Source of the DNA: Polyangiales bacterium
Lineage (GTDB): Bacteria > Myxococcota_A > Polyangia > Polyangiales > Ga0077539
Direction: 5' to 3'
Assembly: GCA_044229975.1 (NCBI GenBank)
Contig: JBGARZ010000001.1
Span: 384,001 to 448,000 of the forward strand
Length of the DNA: 64,000 bases
Within the stretch, counting starts at the first letter, position 1; every line of letters begins with the position of its first letter. The translations under genes were made by a program, and so were the position numbers. Positions 36,412 to 45,505 of the stretch are shown here, piece by piece. The notes under the pieces are model-generated. The model did not search any database. It was not told where the DNA came from and worked only from the letters and a program-made list of their open reading frames with translations.

Positions 36412-38403
36412 ATGATCGTCCTCCCCGCCGCCCTGCTCACCGACCGCGACGCCCTCACCGCCCGCGAATGGATCGTCGGCAACGGCCTCGGCGCCTACGC
36501 CGCGGGGACCGCCTCGGGCATCGCCACCCGCCGCTACCACGGCCTCCTCGTCGCCGCGATGTCGCCGCCGCGCGGCCGCCGCGTGCTCGTCACGCACCTC
36601 GACGAGACCCTCACGCTCCGCTACCTCCGCGCGCCGCTCAGCGCCCACGCCTTCCCCGGGACGGTCTCCCCCGAAGGCTGGAAGCACCTCGTCGAGTTCG
36701 CGGTCGACCCGCTGCCCCGCTGGCGCTGGCGCGTCGGCGAAGCCCTCCTCGAACGCACGGTCTGCATGGCGCGCGGGCACAACACCACCGTCGTCCGATA
36801 CACGCTCATCGAGGCACCCGGCGCGGTCGCGCTCACGGTGCGCCCCTTCGCGGCGTTTCGTGATTTCCATCACCACGCGAAGCAGAACCCCGAGGCCCGC
36901 ATCGCCGCCGTCCCCGTCGACCGTCCGGGCGCCATCGCGATCAAGCCCTACGAAGCCGGGCCCACCGTGCTGATGCAGGCGCCGGGTGTCTTTCACGCAT
37001 CGCCCGACTGGTGGCACGGGTTTCAGCACGAGCTCGAAGCAGCGCGCGGCCTCGACGCGAGCGAAGACCTCTTCACGCCGGGCGAGTACGTCCTCGCGCT
37101 CGCCCCCGGCGAGACCGCCCACGTCGTGATGACCGCCGAACACCGCCTGCCCGACGACGTCGCCGCCGTCGAGCCGCGGGAGATCGCCCGCCTCCGCGCG
37201 CTCTTGCCCGAGCGCCTCACGTCACCCGACGCGCAGCAGCTCTACCGCTCGGTCGACCTCTACCGCGCCGACCTCGCCCGCCCGCCCGCCGTCATCGCGG
37301 GCTATCCGTGGTTCGAGGATTGGGGTCGCGACACGCTCATCGCGTTCACGGGGCTGTACCTCGTGCCGGGGCGCTTCACCGAGGCGCGCGAGCTGCTCGC
37401 GGCCTTCGCGAAGTACGTCGACCACGGGATGCTGCCCAACCGCTTCCCCGACGACGGCGCGGGTCACGCCGACGACAACACCGTCGACGCGCCGATGTGG
37501 TTCCTGCACGCGGCGCGGCGGTTCGTGCAGTACACGAACGACTGGGACTTCGCGCGGCGCACGCTGGTCCCCGCGATGCGCGCCATCGTCGAGGGCTTTC
37601 GCCGCGGAACCAGGTACGGCATCCACCAGCGCCCCGACGGGCTCATCGCCGCGGGCGACGCGGGCACCCAGCTCACCTGGATGGACGCGCGCCAGGGCGA
37701 CACGGCGTTCACGCCACGACATGGCTGCCCGGTGGAGATCAACGCCCTCTGGCACGCGGGGCTCCGCTCGCTCGCGTGGCTCTGCGAGAAGACCGGCGAC
37801 GAGGGTTCTGCCGAGCGCTGGCGTCGCGAGGCCGAGCACGTCCGCGCCTCCTTCCGCGAGCTCTTCTGGAACGCCGACCGCGCCTACCTCTACGACGTCG
37901 TCCGCGACGATTTCCGCGACCCCTCGGTGCGCCCCAACGCCCTCTACGCCGTCGCGCTTCCGGGCGACCTGCTCCCCATCGAGCAGTGCGAAGCGGTGCT
38001 CAAGCGAGCGCGCGAAGATCTGCTGGTCCCGATGGCCGTCCGCACCCTCTCGCCGAAGGACCCGGCTTACCGGGGACGGTATGCGGGCGATCCGTGGTCA
38101 CGCGACTCAGCGTACCACCAGGGCACGGCGTGGCCCTTCCTGCTGGGCGCGTACACCGCCGCGGTGGTGCGCGTCGGGCGTCGTCGCGGGACGGAGGCCG
38201 AGGCGCGGGCCGAGGCGGCGAAGTGCTTCGAGGGGCTGTGGCCGGCGCTGACGGCGTACGGCCTCGGGCATCTGCCGGAGATCGTGGAGGGCGACGCGCC
38301 GCATCGCCCGGTGGGCTGCTTCGCGCAGGCGTGGTCGGACGCCGAGGCGCTGCGAGGACTGGTGGAAGACGTCGCGGGCGAAGGGCCCGCGGATGAGGTG
38401 TGA
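36412..38403 (+). CDS. Amylo-alpha-1,6-glucosidase (glycogen debranching enzyme family)
   Basis: REWIVGNGLGAYA, TRRYHGLL, IAGYPWFEDWGRD, TWMDA, YHQGTAWP, GCFAQAWS. Confidence 0.92.
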   Translation: MIVLPAALLTDRDALTAREWIVGNGLGAYAAGTASGIATRRYHGLLVAAMSPPRGRRVLVTHLDETLTLRYLRAPLSAHAFPGTVSPEGWKHLVEFAVDPLPRWRWRVGEALLERTVCMARGHNTTVVRYTLIEAPGAVALTVRPFAAFRDFHHHAKQNPEARIAAVPVDRPGAIAIKPYEAGPTVLMQAPGVFHASPDWWHGFQHELEAARGLDASEDLFTPGEYVLALAPGETAHVVMTAEHRLPDDVAAVEPREIARLRALLPERLTSPDAQQLYRSVDLYRADLARPPAVIAGYPWFEDWGRDTLIAFTGLYLVPGRFTEARELLAAFAKYVDHGMLPNRFPDDGAGHADDNTVDAPMWFLHAARRFVQYTNDWDFARRTLVPAMRAIVEGFRRGTRYGIHQRPDGLIAAGDAGTQLTWMDARQGDTAFTPRHGCPVEINALWHAGLRSLAWLCEKTGDEGSAERWRREAEHVRASFRELFWNADRAYLYDVVRDDFRDPSVRPNALYAVALPGDLLPIEQCEAVLKRAREDLLVPMAVRTLSPKDPAYRGRYAGDPWSRDSAYHQGTAWPFLLGAYTAAVVRVGRRRGTEAEARAEAAKCFEGLWPALTAYGLGHLPEIVEGDAPHRPVGCFAQAWSDAEALRGLVEDVAGEGPADEV

Positions 38404-38406
38404 CGC

Positions 38407-41097
38407 TCAGGTCGGCGTGAAGCGACCCGCCACGCTCGACACCACCGCGATCAGCTCGCGCGGATCGACGGGCTTGGCGATGTGGTGGTTGAAGCCCGAC
38501 GCCAGCGAGCGCGTGCGATCTTCCATGCGGGCGTAGGCGGTGAGCGCGATGGCGGGCGTGCGGCCGCCGCTCTCGACCGGGAGCGCGCGGAGCTTGCGGA
38601 TGAACACGTAGCCGTCTTCGCCGGGCATCCCGATGTCGGAGATGACGACGTCGGGGCGGGCGCTCGTCACGAGGGCGAGCGCCTCCGCGGCGCCGGAGGC
38701 GGAGAGCACGTCGGCGTCGCAGTGTTCGAGGATCGAGCTCACCAGATCGCGCACGTCCTCCTCGTCGTCGACCACGAGCACCTTGAGGCCCTCCAGCGTC
38801 GGCGGACACTCCAGGCCCGTCGCCTCGGCCGCGCTCGCAGTGCGCGGCAGCGGCGTTGGCACCCGCATGGGGGCGACCGGCAACCGCAGCGTGAACGTCG
38901 ACCCGTGGCCCAGGCCGTCGCTCTCGGCGAAGATGGTCCCGCCGTGGAGCTCGGCGAGGTGACGCGCGATCGCGAGCCCCAGCCCGAGGCCGCCGCGCAT
39001 GCGCGTCGACGAGGCGTCGGCCTGCCGGAAGCGCTCGAACACATGCGGAAGAAACTCTCGCGCGATGCCCTCGCCCGTGTCCGTCACCACCAGGTCGACG
39101 GACGAGTGAACGCGCTGCAACCGCACGTACACATGGCCTCCCTTCGGGGTGAACTTCACGGCGTTGGAGAGGAGGTTCCAGACGATCTGCTGGAGGCGGT
39201 TGGCGTCGCCGTAGAGGGCGCTCGCGTCGGGGTCGAGCACCGCGTGCAGCCGCACGTTGCGCGCGTCCGCCGCGGGCCGAACGGTCTCCATCGCGCCCTC
39301 CACCACGGCGACCATCTCCGTCGGGCCCACCTGGAGGCGAAGCTTGCCCGTGGCGATGCGGGACATGTCGAGCACGTCCTCGATGAGGTCGACCTGCGCG
39401 CGGGCGTTGCGCTCCACCGTCTCCAGCGCCCGCACCCGCTTCTCCTCGGACAGGACGCCGGTGCGTAACATCCGCGCCCAGCCGAGCACGGCGGTGATGG
39501 GCGTGCGCAGCTCGTGGCTCACGGTGGCGATGAAGTCGTCCTTCGCGCGGTCGGCGGCGAGCAGGCCCTCGTTGAGCCGGCGCAGCTCGGCGGAGCGGCG
39601 GGTGACCCCCGCGAGGATGCCGCGGCGGAGGTTGGACGCCGCCTCCACCTGCCAGTCCTCCCACGGCTTCGAGCGCCCGTGCACCTGCTCGCACCACAGC
39701 TCGAACGACCCGCGCGGGCTGAGCCGCGACACGCCGTCGCTCACCATCACCTGCTTGCGGGGGTCGCCCGCCCAGCGCACCTCGCGATCCGTCGCGGGGC
39801 GAAACCACAGGACGTAGTCGCCCTGCGCCCGCGCGATCGGCACCGCGAGCACCCCGGCCGCCACGTCGTCCCAGGTCGCCGCCTCGGGCATCAGCGACGC
39901 GAGGTGATCGGTCGCCATGACGTCGTCGTCCGCCCCCTGCTGGAGCCGCTTCACCAGCGCCAGCACCCGCGGCGCGTCGGGGGTAGAGCCCACGCAGGTC
40001 ACGCGCCCCTCGAAGACCACCGCCGCGCCGGCGGCCTCGGTCACCGCCGGGAGCACCGCCGTCGCGAGCCCCTCCACGAAGTCCGACGCCACGGCCATCG
40101 CCTCGACGAGCGACGACTCCCGCACCTGCGCCAGGCGACGACGGTCGGCCAGCAGCGCCGCCTCGCGCACCGCGACGTGCCACGACAGCGCCTGCCCCAG
40201 GTACTCGGAGGTCTCGCGCACCGTGAAGGGAACGGTCCTCGGCCCCGAGTAGTGGTGACACGCGACGAGCCCCCAGAGCTGCCCCTCTCGCATCAGCGAG
40301 ATCGACATGGACGCCGTGACCCCCATGTTGGTGAGGTACTCGATGTGGATGGGCGAGACGCTGCGCAGCACCGAGAAGCTGAGGTCGAGCGGCGCCCCCG
40401 TGGCGGGCACGAGCGAGGGCACGAGCGGCGACGGGACGTAGCGCACGTCGGCGATGAGACGCAGCCAGTTGAGGCTGTAGAGGCGCCGGGCCTGCGCAGG
40501 GATGTCCGACGCGGGGTAGTGGTGGCCGAGGAAGGTCTCGAGGTCGGCGCGGCGGGCCTCGGCGATGACCTCGCCGTTCCACTCGCGGTCGAAGCGGTAG
40601 ATCATCACGCGGTCGAAGCCGGTGATGGCCCGCACCTCCTCGGCCGCGATCTGGCAGAGGCCGAGCACGTCGGTGGTGCTCTGCATCCGCGTCACGCTCG
40701 CGCGCATCCGCGGGTGAAACCCGAGCCCGACCTCGTAGCGCGGTTCGAGCTCCACCACGACGTCGGAGCCGCCGCCGGGCCGGTGCAACACCGCGTCGAA
40801 CGCAACGCCCGATGGCAGCTCGACGGGCACGGGGTTGACCTCCCGCAGCGACTCCGCGGACGCCGCCGCGACGAGCCGCGCGCCCGACTCCGCCGTCAGC
40901 AGCGACGCCATCGGGCGACCGAGCACCGCCTCCGGGGACACGCCGAGGTGCGCCGCGACGCTCGCGCTCACCTGGCTGATCTCCAGCGACGCTCCCGCGC
41001 AGGCGAAGAGCACCCCGTGCGGCTGCACGGCCCCCGGGATGTGGATGGGTTCGCGCTCGCAGTTGGTCAGGTCGACGCGAAACGGCTCGTCCGTCAT
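38407..41097 (-). CDS. bphP: Bacteriophytochrome hybrid histidine kinase (PAS-GAF-PHY-HisKA-HATPase-REC)
   Basis: LTNCEREPIHIPG (biliverdin-binding Cys), GFDRVMIYRF, PASDIP, SPIHIEYL, LSPRGSF, SHELRTP, NAVKFT, C-terminal SDIGMP receiver. Confidence 0.95.
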   Translation of the reverse strand: MTDEPFRVDLTNCEREPIHIPGAVQPHGVLFACAGASLEISQVSASVAAHLGVSPEAVLGRPMASLLTAESGARLVAAASAESLREVNPVPVELPSGVAFDAVLHRPGGGSDVVVELEPRYEVGLGFHPRMRASVTRMQSTTDVLGLCQIAAEEVRAITGFDRVMIYRFDREWNGEVIAEARRADLETFLGHHYPASDIPAQARRLYSLNWLRLIADVRYVPSPLVPSLVPATGAPLDLSFSVLRSVSPIHIEYLTNMGVTASMSISLMREGQLWGLVACHHYSGPRTVPFTVRETSEYLGQALSWHVAVREAALLADRRRLAQVRESSLVEAMAVASDFVEGLATAVLPAVTEAAGAAVVFEGRVTCVGSTPDAPRVLALVKRLQQGADDDVMATDHLASLMPEAATWDDVAAGVLAVPIARAQGDYVLWFRPATDREVRWAGDPRKQVMVSDGVSRLSPRGSFELWCEQVHGRSKPWEDWQVEAASNLRRGILAGVTRRSAELRRLNEGLLAADRAKDDFIATVSHELRTPITAVLGWARMLRTGVLSEEKRVRALETVERNARAQVDLIEDVLDMSRIATGKLRLQVGPTEMVAVVEGAMETVRPAADARNVRLHAVLDPDASALYGDANRLQQIVWNLLSNAVKFTPKGGHVYVRLQRVHSSVDLVVTDTGEGIAREFLPHVFERFRQADASSTRMRGGLGLGLAIARHLAELHGGTIFAESDGLGHGSTFTLRLPVAPMRVPTPLPRTASAAEATGLECPPTLEGLKVLVVDDEEDVRDLVSSILEHCDADVLSASGAAEALALVTSARPDVVISDIGMPGEDGYVFIRKLRALPVESGGRTPAIALTAYARMEDRTRSLASGFNHHIAKPVDPRELIAVVSSVAGRFTPT

Positions 41098-41708
41098 CGG
41101 GTCGCGCCCACCCGACGAAAGGCCCCCTCGAAGGCTTCGAAGGTCGCGTTGGCCGCGGCGATGAGCTCGCCTCTCCCGGTCGTCGAGAGGTCCTTCGCGA
41201 AGGCGCCGAGGCCTTCGAGGAAGGTCTTCCACCGAGGGCCCACCGCGTCGCCGTAGGCGCGGAGGTACGCCGTGCCTCGCGTCGGCGAGAGGCCCAGCGC
41301 CGGCTCGATGGCGCGCGCCAGCACCACCCCACCGAGCGTCGACCCTTCGAGCACATACGCGCAGCCAAAGCCCTGCGCCACGGTCGCGATCGCGGGCACC
41401 GGCGACTCCCCGCGCGGGGCGTCGTCGCCGAGCGCGCCGAGGTCGAGCGCCAACAGGTGAGACCGCCGCCGCTCGGGCGCGTCGGGCAACGCGGCCACCC
41501 AACCGGGGAGCTGTCCCAGCGCACGCTCCAGCGGGAACAGCACCTCCGCGCTGCCCCGCAAGAACGCCACGTAGCGAGCGAGGGAGAGCGACGGCCCCGT
41601 GAGGTCGAGCGCGGCGTCGAGGCGCGCGTGCTGCTCGCGCGTGGCCCCGCGGAGCGCCGCGAGGATGTCGTGATCGGGTGGCAGTGATGCGATGCGGGGG
41701 TTCATCAA
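41094..41708 (-). CDS. bphO: Biliverdin-producing heme oxygenase
   Basis: LRGATREQHARLD, YVLEGSTLGG; ATGA overlap with bphP. Confidence 0.92.
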   Translation of the reverse strand: MMNPRIASLPPDHDILAALRGATREQHARLDAALDLTGPSLSLARYVAFLRGSAEVLFPLERALGQLPGWVAALPDAPERRRSHLLALDLGALGDDAPRGESPVPAIATVAQGFGCAYVLEGSTLGGVVLARAIEPALGLSPTRGTAYLRAYGDAVGPRWKTFLEGLGAFAKDLSTTGRGELIAAANATFEAFEGAFRRVGATR

Positions 41709-41766
41709 CGTCGCTCGGGGTGCAGCGTGGAGCCGACGGGGGCCTACCGGAAGCCCACCGGGGTGG

Positions 41767-43965
41767 TCAGATGCCGCCGTCGCCGACGCCGATCGGCAGC
41801 GGGAGCACGGAGAGCGAGTAGGCGCCGCGCGACTCGGAATTGAAGCCCGCCACGTTGACCCAGTAGTCGCCCGGGTCGAGCACCACGTCGAAGATCGCGG
41901 GCGATGCGCCGTCGCCGACGAGGCACCCGCCGGGCAGGCTCGACCCCGGGCACATGGGCCCCTGCGTGACCCACAGCACCGCGTTGAAGGACGTGCCCTC
42001 CAGCGAAAACTGCACCCGCTGGCGCACGTCGGAGCGGTAGCGGAACACCGCGTCTTCGCTCGTGGTGCCGAGGGTGCACGGCGCGATGTAGTCGCGGCGC
42101 AGCGTGGCGGTGTTGCCGAGGTAGTAGCCGCCGCCTGACGGAATGACCTGGGCCATCGCGCACACGTCGTTGCCGGCGGCGGTGATGGGCGCGAGCGGCG
42201 GTCGCGCGTCGAGCGTCACGCTGAACTCCGTCCCGCGATACCCGCGGATGACGAGGTAGTAGTCGCCGGGGTCGAGGCCCCGCGCGGTGAGTCGGTTGAC
42301 GGTGCCTGAGCGGCACACGGCCTCGCCCGTCGCGCTGCCGCAGGAGCGTTGGATGGCCGAGAAGAAGTAGTCCGACGCGCCGCCGCGGACGAGCGCGGTG
42401 ACGTCGAGGGTCTGATCGAGGCGGAAGCGGTACACCACGTCGCGGCTGTCGCCGCCGTAGCAGGAGATGGGCGTGTCGCTCTGGGCGCCGGCGAAGGTGC
42501 CCGCGACGGTGGTGCCCGGCGTGAGCGGGAGCGCGTTGCTGCACGAATCTCCCGCGACGGCCATGGTGGGCGCCGTGATCTCGGCTTCGAGGGCGAACTC
42601 CTGCACGCGCGTCCCTTCGACGACGACGTAGTAGGTGCCCGGCGCGAGGTTGCGCAGGCTCGCCTGGGCGGGGTTGCCCGTGGCGCAGCGCAGGCTCGCG
42701 GGCATGCGCCCGCAGGTCGAGACGACCGCGAGGGACATGTAGTCCGAGCGCCCGCCCGAGAGGCGCAGCGAGACGTCGCGGCGCTCGGTGGTGGTGAAGC
42801 GGTAGACGAGGTCGGGCGTGACGCCGCCGCAGCTCGTGATGACGTCGTCGGCGACGTCGACGAGGGTGCCGCGGAGCGTTCCGCCGGTGGCGGGGATGTC
42901 GATGGCCCCGTCGCACCCGTCGTTGACGGGGTTGGGCGTCGGGTCACCAAACTCCACGGTGAGCGCGACGTCGCCGGTGCCCACCACGGCGCTCGACGTG
43001 GCGATCTGCACGAAGTACTCGCCCGCCGGGAGCGCCCGCGCGCGATACACCGTCGGGTAACCCAGCACGCAGTCGCGGATGCCCTCGGTGCCGCCGCACG
43101 TGGTGCTGAGCTGCACCATCACCTGGGCGCCGCCGCCGTCCGTCGTGATGGCGACGTCGCGCGCCGTCTCCAGCCGGAACCGCAGCATGGCGTCGCGCGT
43201 GGGGACGGTGTTGCCGAGGCAGCGCGAGGGGTAGTCGCCGAGGGCGCCCGCGAGGGGCAGCGTGAAGCTCCCGCCGCGCGAGACGTCGAGGGTGTCGTCG
43301 CAGCGGTCGTACATGGGCCGCGAGCAGCCCGTGCGGTCGGCGGTGTCGACCTCGCCGTTGCAGTTGTTGTCGATGCCGTCGCCGCAGATCTCCGGCAGCG
43401 TCGAGTTGACCCGCGGGTTGCTGTCGTCGCAGTCGCCGCCGCGCCAGCAGGGCGGGTCGGGCACGCCCGCGTCGCACGCCTGCGCGTTGCAGCGGAAGTC
43501 GGGGTCGCCGTCGCCGTCGAAGTCGCGCGGGCGGTGCACGCAGGTGCGGGTCATCTCGTCGCAGCGGTCGATGGTGCAGGTGTAGTTGTCGTTGCAGGTG
43601 ACGGGCGTGCCGCGCACGCACCCGCGGCGCACGTCGCAGGTCTCCACGCCGTTGCAGTAGGCCGTGTCGTCGCAGCGCGACGGGTCGGCCACGCTCACGC
43701 AGCGGCCGTCGGCGGCGCAGAAGTCGGTGGTGCAGTCGACCCCGTCGTCGCACTGCGAGCTGCGGGTGCAGGCGCGGCCCCGCGCGTCGTTGACCTCGCC
43801 GACGTCGACGGCAAACACCCGGTCGATGGTCGTGATGTCGCTCGTGACGGTGGCGTCGAGCGGGCCGCCGTCGACGAAGCCCAGCGTGTCGTCGCCGCAG
43901 CCCCCGAGGAGGGCGGCGAGCGCGGCGAGCGCGAGGCATGGGGCGCGAAACCAACGGTGCGACAT
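41767..43965 (-). CDS. Large Cys-rich lipoprotein with myxobacterial Cys repeats, putative metal-binding motif and repeated beta domains
   Basis: Lipobox LLGGC; CDDGVDCTTDFC, CNGVETC, DCDDSNP..EICGDGIDNNCNG; repeated D.C..A..I...L.PG.YY units. Confidence 0.8.
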   Translation of the reverse strand: MSHRWFRAPCLALAALAALLGGCGDDTLGFVDGGPLDATVTSDITTIDRVFAVDVGEVNDARGRACTRSSQCDDGVDCTTDFCAADGRCVSVADPSRCDDTAYCNGVETCDVRRGCVRGTPVTCNDNYTCTIDRCDEMTRTCVHRPRDFDGDGDPDFRCNAQACDAGVPDPPCWRGGDCDDSNPRVNSTLPEICGDGIDNNCNGEVDTADRTGCSRPMYDRCDDTLDVSRGGSFTLPLAGALGDYPSRCLGNTVPTRDAMLRFRLETARDVAITTDGGGAQVMVQLSTTCGGTEGIRDCVLGYPTVYRARALPAGEYFVQIATSSAVVGTGDVALTVEFGDPTPNPVNDGCDGAIDIPATGGTLRGTLVDVADDVITSCGGVTPDLVYRFTTTERRDVSLRLSGGRSDYMSLAVVSTCGRMPASLRCATGNPAQASLRNLAPGTYYVVVEGTRVQEFALEAEITAPTMAVAGDSCSNALPLTPGTTVAGTFAGAQSDTPISCYGGDSRDVVYRFRLDQTLDVTALVRGGASDYFFSAIQRSCGSATGEAVCRSGTVNRLTARGLDPGDYYLVIRGYRGTEFSVTLDARPPLAPITAAGNDVCAMAQVIPSGGGYYLGNTATLRRDYIAPCTLGTTSEDAVFRYRSDVRQRVQFSLEGTSFNAVLWVTQGPMCPGSSLPGGCLVGDGASPAIFDVVLDPGDYWVNVAGFNSESRGAYSLSVLPLPIGVGDGGI

Positions 43966-44081
43966 GCGGTGTCCTCGGAGAGAGAATCTTTGAAGGGGAG
44001 CGCAGTATAGGGCCCTTTCCGGCAGCGGGCGCTTCGCAGACGTGGTGCCGCGCGGCGGGCGGGCGTAGCGTGCCGCCGATC

Positions 44082-45497
44082 ATGTTCACCCGACGCACGA
44101 AGATCGTTTGCACCCTCGGCCCGGCCTGCAACAGCCCGGAGGCCATCGACGCGCTCATCGACGCGGGCATGGACGTGGCGCGCCTCAACTTCTCCCACGG
44201 CACCCATGACGACCATCAGCGCGCGGTCACGGCCATCCGCGAGGCGAGCACGCGCCACCGCAAGGCCATCACCATCCTCGGCGACCTGTGCGGCCCGAAG
44301 ATCCGCGCGGGCCGGCTCGGCGGTTACCGCGAGGTGGTCGCGGGCGACACGCTCTGCCTCATGGCGGGCGAAGAGGCGCCTCCGGGGGTGATCCCCATCC
44401 GCTATGACACCCTCGCGGCCGACCTCCGCAGCGGCGACGCCATCCACGCCGACGACGGTCGCATCCGCCTGCGCGTGACCGAGATCGTCGGCGACCGGGT
44501 GCACGTCATCGTCGAGGAGGGCGGCCGCCTGCGCGACGCGGTGGGCATCCACCTGCCGTCGGGCAACCTCCAGCTCGACGCGCTCACCGACAAAGACCGC
44601 CTCGACCTGGAGTTTGGTCTCTCGGTGGGCATCGACTACGTGGCCGTGTCCTTCGTGCGCTCGGTCGACGACGTGCGGCGGGTGCGGGAGTTCTGCGAGG
44701 CGCGCGGCCGCTCGGTGCCGGTGTGCTCCAAGATCGAGACCCCGCAGGCCATCGACCACCTCGAAGCCATCGTCGAAGCCTCCGATGCCGTGATGGTCGC
44801 GCGCGGCGACCTGGGCGTGGAGTTTCCGCCCGAGCAGGTCCCCGTGCTCCAGCACCGGGTGCTGGTGTGCGCGGCGGCGCGGCGGCGACCGGCCATCGTG
44901 GCGACGGAGATGCTGCACTCGATGGTCACCTCGACGCGGCCGACGCGGGCCGAGGCGAGCGACGTGGCCAACGCCATCTTCGACGGCGCCGACGCGACCA
45001 TGCTCTCCGGCGAGACGGCCTCTGGCGCGCACCCCGCGCTCGCCGTCGGGATGATGGCGCGCATCATCAGCGCGGCCGAGAGCTCGCCGTACTGGCAGCC
45101 CGAGCGGCCGCCCGCGCACGCCAAGCCGATGCCCTTCCCCGAGGCGACGGCGCGCATGGCGGTGATGGCCGCCAACGACCTCGACGCGCGGCTCATCGCG
45201 GTGTTTACGCAGGGCGGCGACACGGCGCGGCTCATCTCGAAGGAGCGCCCGACGGTGCCCGTGGTGGCCTTCTCGCCGAGCGAGGTGGTGCGCCGGCGAT
45301 TGGGTCTCCTGTGGGGCGTGACGTCGCGCGTGATGGAGCCGCTCGCCGACACCGACGACATGGTCGAGGCGGTGCAGGCGCACCTCATGGCGAGCGGGAT
45401 GGTGACGCCGGGCGACCGCATCGTGGTGGTGTTTGGCGCGCCCATCGCGGTGAAGGGGCGAACCAACACCGTGCGGGTGCACCAGGTCGGGGGCTGA
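44082..45497 (+). CDS. pyk: Pyruvate kinase
   Basis: RRTKIVCTLGPA, ARLNFSHG, KIE, MVARGDLGVE, PTRAEASDVANA, MLSGETA. Confidence 0.95.
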   Translation: MFTRRTKIVCTLGPACNSPEAIDALIDAGMDVARLNFSHGTHDDHQRAVTAIREASTRHRKAITILGDLCGPKIRAGRLGGYREVVAGDTLCLMAGEEAPPGVIPIRYDTLAADLRSGDAIHADDGRIRLRVTEIVGDRVHVIVEEGGRLRDAVGIHLPSGNLQLDALTDKDRLDLEFGLSVGIDYVAVSFVRSVDDVRRVREFCEARGRSVPVCSKIETPQAIDHLEAIVEASDAVMVARGDLGVEFPPEQVPVLQHRVLVCAAARRRPAIVATEMLHSMVTSTRPTRAEASDVANAIFDGADATMLSGETASGAHPALAVGMMARIISAAESSPYWQPERPPAHAKPMPFPEATARMAVMAANDLDARLIAVFTQGGDTARLISKERPTVPVVAFSPSEVVRRRLGLLWGVTSRVMEPLADTDDMVEAVQAHLMASGMVTPGDRIVVVFGAPIAVKGRTNTVRVHQVGG

Positions 45498-45505
45498 GCG
45501 CGGCA

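Noticed and set aside
38000..41524. 1174-aa minus-strand ORF and similar long Arg/Pro/Gly-rich ORFs (e.g. 10675..12912, 13401..15608, 18361..20685, 52137..55058, 56214..58892)
   Set aside because: Alternative-frame or antisense shadows of well-supported genes, expected in high-GC DNA
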